A stretch of DNA of 64,000 nucleotides from Bdellovibrionales bacterium. Lineage in GTDB: Bacteria > Bdellovibrionota > Bdellovibrionia > Bdellovibrionales > UBA1609. The notes below the pieces were generated by a model. That model had not been told where the DNA came from and searched no databases. It saw only the letters and a program-made list of their open reading frames with translations. Below, piece by piece: positions 37,699-47,317 of the stretch. Position 1 is the first letter of the stretch; the number at the start of each line of letters is the position of its first letter. The stretch covers positions 32,001 to 96,000 of the forward strand of contig DAHVQG010000008.1 of assembly GCA_027317865.1 (NCBI GenBank). The letters are read 5' to 3'. Both the position numbers and the translations under genes were made by a program.

Positions 37699-38223
37699 AT
37701 GTACTTTCAAGCCGAAGCTAACGACATTAAATACGAAATAAACGTGCACGAATCGCGCACCGGCTGGCAGGTCTCGCTCAAACCCGACGGCGGAGACTGG
37801 ACTCATTTTGAATTTTCAAAAACTGACTATCAATACATGGACGACACGATCAGCTTTGTATTTCAAAACGCCTCTTATTTGCTCGATGTAACTGCTTCGG
37901 GCGTTGATTACACTGTTTACACCCGGGGCGCGTTTCGTACGGTTAAACTTTACAACGAAGAAAAGATCCTCCACGAGAGCTTAAAAGGGCGCAAATCCCT
38001 TGGTGCAACCGACAGTCTTGTTTCTGAAATGCCTGGTAAAATTGTGAAAATTTTTGTTTCGCCAGGCCAATCAGTCAAAGCGGGCGACCCTATTTTGATT
38101 ATGGAAGCAATGAAAATGGAAAACGAGCTTCGTGCCGCCCACGAAGCCACCATTAAAACTGTGCACGTGAATGAGGGCCAGGCTATTGAGGCCAACACCG
38201 TTCTTGTGTCGTTTTCAAAGTGA
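37699..38223 (+). CDS. Biotin carboxyl carrier protein (BT-like N-terminus plus biotinyl domain)
   Basis: MPGKI...EAMKMENE biotinylation motif. Confidence 0.92.
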   Translation: MYFQAEANDIKYEINVHESRTGWQVSLKPDGGDWTHFEFSKTDYQYMDDTISFVFQNASYLLDVTASGVDYTVYTRGAFRTVKLYNEEKILHESLKGRKSLGATDSLVSEMPGKIVKIFVSPGQSVKAGDPILIMEAMKMENELRAAHEATIKTVHVNEGQAIEANTVLVSFSK

Positions 38224-38262
38224 ACAATGACACTTTGCTCGTCATGTGCAAAAACCTAACCC

Positions 38263-39846
38263 ATGAGAAAAGAAAAGTTTTTTAATTCAAGCCACGTTGA
38301 GCTTAATAACATTTACGAAAATGAGTGCACAAAAAGTGCGTGTGAAAGACTTGGGCGCCCGGGTCAATTCCCCTATACGCGCGGAGTGCAAGAAACGATG
38401 TACCGTGGGCAGCTCTGGACTATGCGACAATATGCGGGATTTGGTTCAGCCAAAGAGAGTAATCGCCGCTATCATCATCTATTAAAAAACGGAACAACTG
38501 GATTAAGCGTCGCTTTCGATTTACCAACGCAAATGGGCTACGACTCCGACCATGTCATGTCCAGCGGCGAAGTGGGCAAAGTGGGCGTTGCCATTTCTAC
38601 TATTGAAGACATGGAAATTCTCCTCGACAAGTTGCCCCTTGAAAATATCTCGACATCAATGACGATTAACTCAACTGCGGGAATTTTGCTTGCGCTTTAC
38701 ATTGCGGTCGCCAAACGCCGCGGGATTTCGGCTAAAGACCTTCGCGGCACCATTCAAAACGACCTTCTTAAAGAGTACATCGCGCGCGGCACTTATATTT
38801 ATCCGCCAAAACCAAGTCTTCGCATCATAACCGACATTTTTTCTTACTGCGCTCTTAACGTCCCAAAATGGAATACGATCAGCATTTCCGGCTATCATAT
38901 ACGCGAAGCCGGAGCCACCGCCGTACAAGAACTTGCATTTACTCTGGCAAATGCAATCACATACGTGCAGGCCGCGATCGATCGCGGGCTTAATGTGGAT
39001 GATTTTGGCGGGCGACTGAGTTTCTTTTTTAACGTGCACAATAATTTTTTTGAAGAAGTTGCGAAATTTCGCGCGGCAAGAAGAATGTGGGCAAATATTA
39101 TGCGCAATCGTTTTAATGTAAAAGACGAGCGCGCATTAAAACTTCGCTTTCACACGCAAACAGCTGGAGTGACGCTCACAGCACAACAGCCGGAAAACAA
39201 CATCGTGCGCGTGACACTTCAAGCGCTCGCTGCCGTTTTAGGGGGAACACAGTCGCTCCACACGAACTCGATGGACGAGGCCTTAGGTCTGCCGACTGAG
39301 CGGGCGGCAACAATTGCCGTTCGAACTCAACAAATTATCGCCCACGAATCTGGGGTTGCCGATGTTATTGATCCCCTCGGAGGATCCCCCTACGTTGAAG
39401 CGCTAACCGACGAGCTTGAAAAGCGCGCCTACGATTATATCGAACGCATTGATGCGCTCGGGGGAGTTATTGCCTGCATAGAATCGGGATACATTCAGGG
39501 CGAAATTCAAACCTCTGCCTATCAATATCAAAAAGACGTTGATGCTAAACAAGAAATCATCGTGGGAGTAAACGATTTTATTGGTCAAGAGCCCACGCCG
39601 ATTGAAACGCTTAAAATATCTGAGAGTATCGCCCGTGATCAAATTGGGCGCCTAAAGGCATTTAAGGCGCGTCGTGATTCGCGCGCGGTGAGCATGCATT
39701 TGGAAAAAATTCGCACCGCCGCCACATCTGACGAAAATTTGATTCCTCGCTTTGTTGATGCGGTCGAAGCCAATGTCACACTTGGCGAGATTAGCGATGA
39801 GCTTCGAAAAATTTTCGGCGCCTATCGTGAGAATGTAAAATTATAA
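38263..39846 (+). CDS. Methylmalonyl-CoA mutase, substrate-binding (large) subunit only
   Basis: PYTRG..MY...[48 protein letters not shown]; ends without a B12-binding DxHxxG domain. Confidence 0.92.
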   Translation: MRKEKFFNSSHVELNNIYENECTKSACERLGRPGQFPYTRGVQETMYRGQLWTMRQYAGFGSAKESNRRYHHLLKNGTTGLSVAFDLPTQMGYDSDHVMSSGEVGKVGVAISTIEDMEILLDKLPLENISTSMTINSTAGILLALYIAVAKRRGISAKDLRGTIQNDLLKEYIARGTYIYPPKPSLRIITDIFSYCALNVPKWNTISISGYHIREAGATAVQELAFTLANAITYVQAAIDRGLNVDDFGGRLSFFFNVHNNFFEEVAKFRAARRMWANIMRNRFNVKDERALKLRFHTQTAGVTLTAQQPENNIVRVTLQALAAVLGGTQSLHTNSMDEALGLPTERAATIAVRTQQIIAHESGVADVIDPLGGSPYVEALTDELEKRAYDYIERIDALGGVIACIESGYIQGEIQTSAYQYQKDVDAKQEIIVGVNDFIGQEPTPIETLKISESIARDQIGRLKAFKARRDSRAVSMHLEKIRTAATSDENLIPRFVDAVEANVTLGEISDELRKIFGAYRENVKL

Positions 39847-39862
39847 AATGTCTTTATCCGCT

Positions 39863-40591
39863 TTAGGTGTTCGCGCGTTTTTTTGCCACGCGATCAACAG
39901 CAATAATTGAAATTCCATATAGTAGAAGAAGCGGCAAAAGGAGCGCCATCATACTTACTGCATCGGGCGGCGCAAATGTCGCCGCCACTATCGCCAATAT
40001 GAATACGGCCGTTCGCCATCTGTCTTTTAGAATTTTGCCATCGATAATCCCAAGCATCGCGAGAACAACTAAAATAAGGGGCATTTCAAAAGCCATGCCA
40101 AACATCACTGTTGTTAAGATAAAAAATGAGAGATATTCGCGAATTGTAATCATTGGCTTATCAACACCACTGCCAAAGGTGAGTAGGTATTTAAAAGCAA
40201 ACGGATAAATAACTTTATATACAAACACCACACCAGATATGAATAAAAGCGATCCAAAAAATATGAACTTTAACGCCATTTTTTTTTCGTGTTTGTATAG
40301 GCCGGGAGCGATAAACCACCAAACTTGATAGAGCCAAAAGGGGCAGGTAATAATAGCGCCGCTTAAAAAACTGACTTTCAAATAGGCGAGAAATTTCTCT
40401 GTCGGATGAGTAAAGACAAGGCCGCCTTGCGGAAGATATGGCAAAATCGGTTGGCGTATAACCGCAAAAATTTGATCACCAAAATACAGCGAGATTAAAA
40501 AGCCTATAAGGATGATCCAAAGTGAGCGCATAATACAACGCCTTAAGTCTTCGAAATGTTCAATGAACGATTGGGCTTTAGGATTTTCCAT
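39863..40591 (-). CDS. tatC: Twin-arginine translocase TatC
   Basis: EHFEDLR, YQVW.FIAPGLY.HE, FEMP, PPD. Confidence 0.95.
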   Translation of the reverse strand: MENPKAQSFIEHFEDLRRCIMRSLWIILIGFLISLYFGDQIFAVIRQPILPYLPQGGLVFTHPTEKFLAYLKVSFLSGAIITCPFWLYQVWWFIAPGLYKHEKKMALKFIFFGSLLFISGVVFVYKVIYPFAFKYLLTFGSGVDKPMITIREYLSFFILTTVMFGMAFEMPLILVVLAMLGIIDGKILKDRWRTAVFILAIVAATFAPPDAVSMMALLLPLLLLYGISIIAVDRVAKKRANT

Positions 40592-41033
40592 CGGTCGGTT
40601 TTTCTGGAGCTGGGGTTTCTATTGCTTCGGCTGAGCGCGAAACTGTGTTTTCGGGTGATTCCATGGGCGGAGTGCTAAGCGTTCGAGGATCTGGCGCCTC
40701 CTCTATTGTTGGTTCGATAATTGATTCGGTTGGGTTGACCTTGTCGGCAACAATTGTTTGGGCTGGCGCGCTTTGCCGCTTAGCAATTTCTTGATTGAGT
40801 TGATCGCGAAGCCTCACAAGCTCCGAAAGATCTTTGGTCATTAGCTCTCGTGTTTCATTTATAAAAGACGTGGCGGAACTACGAACATCGTTTAACGGCC
40901 CTAAAATTTCGTCTTTAACTTTTCTTATCTCGTTAACGTATTTTGCCACCTTGCGCGCGACAACCGGCAACTCTTCGGGGCCCAAAACCACAAGGCCAAT
41001 GACGGCCAATATCAAAAGTTCAGTGAAACTCAC
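40578..41033 (-). CDS. tatB: Twin-arginine translocase TatB
   Basis: ELLILAVIGLVVLGPEELP followed by amphipathic helix and Pro/Glu-rich tail; SD GAGGAG 9 nt before GTG 41033. Confidence 0.88.
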   Translation of the reverse strand: MSFTELLILAVIGLVVLGPEELPVVARKVAKYVNEIRKVKDEILGPLNDVRSSATSFINETRELMTKDLSELVRLRDQLNQEIAKRQSAPAQTIVADKVNPTESIIEPTIEEAPDPRTLSTPPMESPENTVSRSAEAIETPAPEKPTDGKS

Positions 41034-41072
41034 GGACAAATACTCCTCGCATTGAACCGTGCAATCTCAAAC

Positions 41073-41669
41073 TTACTGATTAGTGGCCTTTTTCGCCTGG
41101 TCGGAATTTAACAGCCCGTTTTCTAAAAGTTGCTCTTTGGCAAGCTCCGAGCCCGTTTTTACGTACCGCTCGTAGAGGCGAAGAAGGTCTTGGTTGGATT
41201 GCACAAAAGAGTTTTGGCTGATGTACGTCAGAAGATCAACAAATTCTAGGAATCGTGATGCAAATTCTCGATAGACGGGGGTTTGGATATCCGAGTCAAA
41301 CTCGCTTGCCAGCTGATGATAAGCAATCCCGCCCATATCCGCGTAGTAGTCGAGATCGATAATTTTACGCTTGAATGAATCGCCGAAAAAGCCACTCACG
41401 TAGAGGCTTGTGTCGCCGAGCCGCTTTAGCATCTCGCGACGAACCAATTTTTCAGACTGATTAGCGCGTAAGAGCTGCTCGGCCAGCGTCGAATTCAACA
41501 TGACGCTTCTATTGCTTACATAGGAGTCAAGAAGCTCTACGAGATACTGTTGCGCATAAGGGGTCGTTTCGATTCGACATTTTTCGAGCGCTTCAACGAC
41601 CATTTCGTTAAAGTAGGTGCGCGCGTCCAGTAGTAAATTCAATTTTGCGTCTTTGTCATTTTGCCCCAT
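41073..41669 (-). CDS. Hypothetical cytoplasmic helical protein
   Basis: Full-length ORF with family-like motif LKRLGDTSLYVSGFF.DS...DYY..MG..AY...LYERY; function unknown. Confidence 0.75.
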   Translation of the reverse strand: MGQNDKDAKLNLLLDARTYFNEMVVEALEKCRIETTPYAQQYLVELLDSYVSNRSVMLNSTLAEQLLRANQSEKLVRREMLKRLGDTSLYVSGFFGDSFKRKIIDLDYYADMGGIAYHQLASEFDSDIQTPVYREFASRFLEFVDLLTYISQNSFVQSNQDLLRLYERYVKTGSELAKEQLLENGLLNSDQAKKATNQ

Positions 41670-41711
41670 AACACGGCCCCAAGCCCCCTAAAGTAGAGGG
41701 CTCCAGCACTT

Positions 41712-41740
41712 ATTGTACAACTTTATTCAAAAAATTTCAG
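41712..41740 (-). promoter_or_regulatory. Putative sigma70 promoter for hypothetical-tatB-tatC; 9-bp hairpin in the predicted 5' UTR
   Basis: Minus strand CTGAAA-N17-TACAAT; AGCCCTCTA-CTT-TAGGGGGCT hairpin (one G-U pair) at about 41682-41702. Confidence 0.45.
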
Positions 41741-41791
41741 TTTCTACGCCTAAATGGCCCATTCTGGCTCGACATTAGGCGGGATTTTGTC

Positions 41792-44401
41792 TCAAATTGA
41801 AACATCTTTTCGCCCAACAACCGACAATACAAAGGGTTTAGAAAAAATCTTGCGCGCAAGCTTTTGGATCGACTCAGCATCAACTGACTGAATACGTTCA
41901 GAAAAATGTTCTGATTCGTCAAACTGTAAACCGTAAAGTTCATCAAATAAAAACGCGTCCGCAACTGCTCCCGTGTGTTGTCGAGAAATATCATGCCGCC
42001 CCAAAACATATCGTTTCGCCCGCTCAAGTTCACGTGCATTGACCTTTTCTTCCGTTAGGCGCTGAAAATTCTCAATGATCATTTTAACTGCGAGCGGCCC
42101 CTTTTCTGGAGAACAGCCAATATATGCTCCGAAGTAGCCTGGCTCCATTCCATCCATGCGTATGGGCGAAACCGTGTAGGCAAGTGACTTTTTATCCCGT
42201 AGTTCAACAAAAAGTCGCCCCCCCTGACCAGACAAGAGCGCCTGCATTACCTCAAGCGAATGGCGATTTTGATCTTCAAATGTCAGGCCACGATAGCCGA
42301 TAGCGATATGACTTTGCTCGCGATCTAAAAATGAATACTCATGCTTGTTTGTCAAAAGATCGGGCATTTCCAGATCTTGATCGGATACGCTTTCTCCTGA
42401 AAAAATTTTTAACTCCTCTTCGAGATGCTTTGCAAAGTTTTGGAGATCGAGGTCGCCTACTGCCGAAATAACTAAATTCGCGGGATTTTTTAAACCGGCA
42501 AGATAACGGGCGATTGGCGCGCGTGAGAGCCGCTCAACATCGGCGTTTTCGCCAATTGGGTCGCGCGCGTATGGATGTCCGTCAAACATCAGGCGCATGA
42601 ACGCGAGTAAACATTTTTGGGATGGTTTATCGTTTCTTGTCTTTAGCTGCTCTTTCATCAGAATTTTTTCGCGATCTATCGCATCTTCGGGCAGACGTGG
42701 ATCTATAAACACCTCGCCTAAAACTTCAACGACGCGAGAAAAATATGGTTTAAGCATGGTGGCTGATAGTCCGACCGTGTTTCGTCCGCCAAAACCCCCA
42801 AGGCTCGACGCCATGTTTTCTATCTCGACATTTAACTCGTGCTCGGTGAGCGCCTGAGTTCCTGAAGGCCACACGCGGGCAAGTAATTCATTTGCGCCTA
42901 ATAAATCTCGCGGCTCAAATCGAAGCCCCCCAAGCAACCCGATGCGCACACTAGTAACCGGCGAACCCACAATCTGACGACCGACGACTCTTGCCCCACT
43001 GCTTAAAACATATTTTTGCGGTTTTCGCGGTGCGATTTGGCGTGGGGGTGACCATTTTATTCCCGCTCCGGAAAGTCTTTTTGTTTTAAGCTGCGCTTTT
43101 TTGCGCCAGGCCGCGAATTCGCGAACGAAATTCGTTTGCCATTTTTTAATTTTATTTTGGCTGAGCGCTTCTTCTTCAGGGGCGAGATAACTGACCGCCA
43201 CCGTTCGTGGATTCAAATATTTTCTCGCAACTCTTTGGATGTCTGCCGTCGTTAGGGTCGAGGTTTCTTTTAGAATGCGATCAAATTCTTTATAGTTAGA
43301 AAAAATGAACTCAAAATGCCCAAATAGGCCGGCTTGACCGTCGACTGACTCCATTGAGTAAAATTTTTCACTTTCCATTTGCCTTATGGTTTTTTTGAGC
43401 TCGTCAGCAGTGGGCCCAGATTGAATTATTTCACCCACAACGGCGGTGATTTCTGCCAGCGCCTCATCAAGATATTTGCCGTCAAGACTTGCCGAAATGG
43501 CAAAAAACCCCGACTCTTTTGGGCTAAAAACGCTGGCCCCGATGGAAGTCACTAGTCTTTTTGTATTCCGCACTTGGTGAATAAGCCGCGAACTATCGCC
43601 TTGCCCCAAAATTGCGGCAAGCGCCAATAGCGCTACAGAATCTTTGTGCTTGGCCCCGGGGGTACAAAATCCGATATGTAAAAAACTTTCTGCAAACTGA
43701 CTTTTTTTAACACTAATGAGCGGCGTTTTATGTGCTATCTCACCGGAACGGCGCACTTTTAGCAATTTGTGCCGGGCGATCGGCTCAAAAAAACTGGCCA
43801 CTTTTTTCTTCATTTCAGTCGGATTAAAATCTCCGACAACAATCAAATTCATATTTTGCGGCACATACCGGGCATTGTAATAATTTAAAATTGATTTTTT
43901 GGGGACACGTCGGATGTTCTCTTCATAGCCAATGACCGGCACGCGATAAGGGTGACGTTTATAAAGCGTGGAAAATAGCTGCCGGCTCGCCTGCTGATAC
44001 GGGTTATCAAGGGCGCGCTTAATTTCTTCAATAACCACTTCGCGCTCGTTATTGATCTCTTGTTCGTCAAATCGCGGGTGACCAATCATTTCACTAATAA
44101 CTTCCATCCCCGAGTCTACAAACTGACTTGAAATTGTGACGTAAAATACCGTTTGATCAAACGAAGTATAGGCATTAAGAACGCCGCCCGAACTTTCAAT
44201 CGCCTGAGCCATTTCACCAACACCAAATTTTTCTGACCCTTTGAAAACCAAATGTTCGATAAAGTGGCTGATCCCTTCGATTCCCTTTTTTTCGTCCGCC
44301 GAGCCCGTTTTCACCCATAGCTGAACAGAAACAACGGGCGATTTTCGATTCTCGATTAAAACCACGTTGAGTCCGTTTTTGAGTTGATATTTTGTTGTCA
44401 T
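41792..44401 (-). CDS. M16 family zinc peptidase (two fused halves, no signal peptide)
   Basis: Inverted zinc motif HFIEH, NAYTSFD.T, ERE(V)VIEE; degenerate second half with SRL/GRLF.ELR. Confidence 0.92.
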   Translation of the reverse strand: MTTKYQLKNGLNVVLIENRKSPVVSVQLWVKTGSADEKKGIEGISHFIEHLVFKGSEKFGVGEMAQAIESSGGVLNAYTSFDQTVFYVTISSQFVDSGMEVISEMIGHPRFDEQEINNEREVVIEEIKRALDNPYQQASRQLFSTLYKRHPYRVPVIGYEENIRRVPKKSILNYYNARYVPQNMNLIVVGDFNPTEMKKKVASFFEPIARHKLLKVRRSGEIAHKTPLISVKKSQFAESFLHIGFCTPGAKHKDSVALLALAAILGQGDSSRLIHQVRNTKRLVTSIGASVFSPKESGFFAISASLDGKYLDEALAEITAVVGEIIQSGPTADELKKTIRQMESEKFYSMESVDGQAGLFGHFEFIFSNYKEFDRILKETSTLTTADIQRVARKYLNPRTVAVSYLAPEEEALSQNKIKKWQTNFVREFAAWRKKAQLKTKRLSGAGIKWSPPRQIAPRKPQKYVLSSGARVVGRQIVGSPVTSVRIGLLGGLRFEPRDLLGANELLARVWPSGTQALTEHELNVEIENMASSLGGFGGRNTVGLSATMLKPYFSRVVEVLGEVFIDPRLPEDAIDREKILMKEQLKTRNDKPSQKCLLAFMRLMFDGHPYARDPIGENADVERLSRAPIARYLAGLKNPANLVISAVGDLDLQNFAKHLEEELKIFSGESVSDQDLEMPDLLTNKHEYSFLDREQSHIAIGYRGLTFEDQNRHSLEVMQALLSGQGGRLFVELRDKKSLAYTVSPIRMDGMEPGYFGAYIGCSPEKGPLAVKMIIENFQRLTEEKVNARELERAKRYVLGRHDISRQHTGAVADAFLFDELYGLQFDESEHFSERIQSVDAESIQKLARKIFSKPFVLSVVGRKDVSI

Positions 44402-44419
44402 AGATTAAACACCCTTTCT

Positions 44420-45670
44420 ATGGGACCGCTTGGTTTTGGCATCTATATTCACATTCCCTACTGTTTGCAGAAATGTCTTTACTGCGACTTTGTCACGATT
44501 GATCTGCAGCGCAGAAGCTCAACCCCTCCACCTGATGAATACGTATCGTGTTTGCTCACAGAACTTGATCTTCGCGCCGAAGATATTCGGTCCGCTTTAT
44601 CGAGTGAGCTGCCGCTGACTTCGATTTACTTCGGCGGGGGTACCCCAAGCTTGCTCGCAGCCAAAGATATTTTAGCGGTGCTCAATAAAATTGCAACGCT
44701 AGGATTCTCGCGCGCTCCTAACTGTGAGATCACAATCGAGATCAATCCCGGCACGATAGACGCTGAGAAGCTTGACCTTTATCTAGCTTCTGGAGTGAAT
44801 CGTTTCAGCGTTGGGGCGCAAACCTTTCGCGATGATTTTTTGCGCGCCTGCGGCCGAGAACACACGGCGCAAATGACGCGAGAAACACTGCGCCTTCTTT
44901 CGGGGCGAAATCTCAACTTCTCGTTTGATTTACTCTTTGGCCTGCCCCATCAAAACCTAAATGATTTAAGCGACGATCTTTCAGAGCTTATCGCATTCTC
45001 CCCGCCGCACGTCAGCCTTTACAATTTAACTGTGCCGCAAAATCATCCCATGAATCGCGGTCGCGCCACGGATGAGGTGCAGTCACAGATGTTCGAAGTA
45101 ATCGAAACAGAACTTCAAGCCGTGGGACTTCGCCGCTATGAAATCTCAAATTTTTCTAAAACCGGATTTGAATCGCGACACAATTGCCTTTACTGGCAAG
45201 GGCTGCCGTATTGGGGGGTTGGTATTGCCGCGCATTCTTTTTTGCCAGAAGTGGGACCGTTTGGCTCTCGCTTTTCTAACCCCTCATCGACAAAGGTTTG
45301 GATGAACCAAATATCCGGAGCTTCGCTCTTACAAGACGAAAGCCCTCTTCGCTTTTGGGAAAACTTACCAAAAGCTCAGGTTGAACGGTTATTTCTGCAT
45401 GAGGCTTTGACCGATTTTTTTCACACACATTTGCGACAAACAAGGGGGTTTTCGTGGCAAGAATTCCGCACGACGCTTCAATCGTTTCAGGTCGAAAATA
45501 CTTATATTCAAAAAATAATATGTCTAGCCCAGACTCGCGCCGACGAATTAAAACGTACCAAGCTTATTGTTGCAAATGATGGCCGGATTCGACTCACACC
45601 TACCGGGTACGCCTTGGCCAATGCCGTCTTTTTAAAGTTTACTTTTTTGCCGGATGAGCTTCGTTTCTAA
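44420..45670 (+). CDS. hemW: Radical SAM heme chaperone HemW (HemN-like)
   Basis: YIHIPYCLQKCLYCDF, YFGGGTPS, YEISNF, SRHN.LYW. Confidence 0.9.
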   Translation: MGPLGFGIYIHIPYCLQKCLYCDFVTIDLQRRSSTPPPDEYVSCLLTELDLRAEDIRSALSSELPLTSIYFGGGTPSLLAAKDILAVLNKIATLGFSRAPNCEITIEINPGTIDAEKLDLYLASGVNRFSVGAQTFRDDFLRACGREHTAQMTRETLRLLSGRNLNFSFDLLFGLPHQNLNDLSDDLSELIAFSPPHVSLYNLTVPQNHPMNRGRATDEVQSQMFEVIETELQAVGLRRYEISNFSKTGFESRHNCLYWQGLPYWGVGIAAHSFLPEVGPFGSRFSNPSSTKVWMNQISGASLLQDESPLRFWENLPKAQVERLFLHEALTDFFHTHLRQTRGFSWQEFRTTLQSFQVENTYIQKIICLAQTRADELKRTKLIVANDGRIRLTPTGYALANAVFLKFTFLPDELRF

Positions 45671-45673
45671 GTG

Positions 45674-45702
45674 CTTGACAGCGCTTGTTTATCACTCATA
45701 TT
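45674..45702 (+). promoter_or_regulatory. Putative promoter for grpE-dnaJ
   Basis: TTGACA-N16-CATATT, 8 nt before the ATG; also readable as sigma32-like CTTGACA-N13-ACTCATAT. Confidence 0.55.
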
Positions 45703-45710
45703 GAAACCGT

Positions 45711-46322
45711 ATGACAAAACCGCCCCATGACAAAAAGCATTCTAGCCCTGGCGCTGAAACCACTGATGAATCGGCGCATGAGCAAAGTTCTGAAGCGCAA
45801 GATATCGAAATCGAATCTGTTGGTTTGCCTGACGAAGGCGCCGTTATGCCAGATAAAAAGCTCAAGGCTGCGCTTGACGAAGTCGCAAAATGGAAGAACG
45901 ACTATCTGTATTTGCGCGCGGATTTTGATAATTACCGTAAAAGCGTCATTAAAGAGCGCGCCGATTTGATTAAGTACGGGTGTGAACGGCTTATCATCGA
46001 ACTCCTTGGCTTTTTAGACACTGTTGATCGTGTTCTTCAAATGCAAATGACGCCTGAAAATGTAGAACAATTTAGGTCTGGTTTTGAAATGACAGCCAAT
46101 GAGTTAAAAAACGTGTTACAGCAATTCGGGGTTAAAGAGCTTGAGGCTGCGGGCCAGGCGTTTAATCCTGCTGAACATGAGGCCGTCAGTAGTGAAGAGA
46201 CCGACCTGGTGCCCCCAGGGCATATTTTTCGCGTATTTAAAAAGGCTTACAAGCTTCATGATCGCTTGATTCGGCCAGCACAAGTTGTGGTAGCCAAAGA
46301 GTTGACTCCAAAAGAAAGCTAA
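45711..46322 (+). CDS. grpE: Nucleotide exchange factor GrpE
   Basis: ADFDNYRK, FNP..HEAV, Y.LHDRLIRPAQVVV. Confidence 0.96.
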   Translation: MTKPPHDKKHSSPGAETTDESAHEQSSEAQDIEIESVGLPDEGAVMPDKKLKAALDEVAKWKNDYLYLRADFDNYRKSVIKERADLIKYGCERLIIELLGFLDTVDRVLQMQMTPENVEQFRSGFEMTANELKNVLQQFGVKELEAAGQAFNPAEHEAVSSEETDLVPPGHIFRVFKKAYKLHDRLIRPAQVVVAKELTPKES

Positions 46323-46328
46323 GGGCCT

Positions 46329-47312
46329 ATGCCGAAACCTGATTTTTATTCGGTTCTTGGGGTTTCGCGAAACGCCACTCCCGAAGAAATCAAGAAAGCC
46401 TACCGTAAGCTGGCCATGCAGTACCATCCGGATAAGAATCCGGGCAACAAAGCCGCAGAAGATAAATTCAAAGAGGTCAGCGAAGCTTACGAGGTTCTAC
46501 ATAATCCTAAAAATCGTGAAGTTTACGATAATTTCGGCCATGCCGGGGGCCAAGGGCCCGGACAACCGGGTCAGCATGGATTTTATACCGGCCCGAATTT
46601 TGAGGACTTCGATTTTGAACCATTCCGTCAGACTTATACCACACAGTCGGCTTACGATTTATTTAACGATATTTTTGGCGACGTATTTACTCATCGCGCC
46701 CGACGGGGCCCGGTCCGCACCCGCGGGGCGGATCTCCGCTACAATTTAACAATCTCGTATGAAGATGCCGCTCGCGGAGCTGAAAAGCAGATTCGATTTA
46801 TGCGCGATCGAAATGGTCGCGAAGACACGGCTACACTTATTGTAAGTGTGCCCCCAGGAGTGAATAATGGGCAACGTCTCAAACTGAAAGGCGAAGGCGA
46901 CTCGGGTCGCGGCGGCGGAGAAAATGGAGATCTGTACGTCATCGTGTCGCTGCATGAACACCCGCTGTTTAAAAGACAAGGCAACAATGTGTTAATGGAT
47001 TTACCGTTGTCCTTTGTTGACGCTATCGGCGGCACGGAAGTTGAGGTGCCGACATTGACGGGGCGAGCTACTGTTAAAGTTCCCCCAAGTACGCATCCGG
47101 GCCAAGTTTTTCGCCTGCGCGGCAAAGGCTTTAAGGAATTGAACAGCACGCGAGTGGGCGATATGCTTCTCAGAGTGGTCGTCGATATACCCGCGAGTCT
47201 TACCGCTGAGCAAATGGAGTCGCTTCGTCGCATAATGGGCGGGGGAGAGTCCACGCCGCTAGTGAGAGAATTTAAAGATAAAGTGAAAAAAGTTTTTGAA
47301 AGTCGAAAGTAA
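46329..47312 (+). CDS. Class B J-domain chaperone (DnaJ/CbpA-like, no zinc finger)
   Basis: J domain with HPD, G/F region, C-terminal DnaJ_C ([12 protein letters not shown]); no CxxCxGxG repeats. Confidence 0.92.
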   Translation: MPKPDFYSVLGVSRNATPEEIKKAYRKLAMQYHPDKNPGNKAAEDKFKEVSEAYEVLHNPKNREVYDNFGHAGGQGPGQPGQHGFYTGPNFEDFDFEPFRQTYTTQSAYDLFNDIFGDVFTHRARRGPVRTRGADLRYNLTISYEDAARGAEKQIRFMRDRNGREDTATLIVSVPPGVNNGQRLKLKGEGDSGRGGGENGDLYVIVSLHEHPLFKRQGNNVLMDLPLSFVDAIGGTEVEVPTLTGRATVKVPPSTHPGQVFRLRGKGFKELNSTRVGDMLLRVVVDIPASLTAEQMESLRRIMGGGESTPLVREFKDKVKKVFESRK

Positions 47313-47317
47313 CCTTT

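Noticed and set aside
45661..45710. CIRCE operator upstream of grpE
   Set aside because: No TTAGCACTC-N9-GAGTGCTAA match
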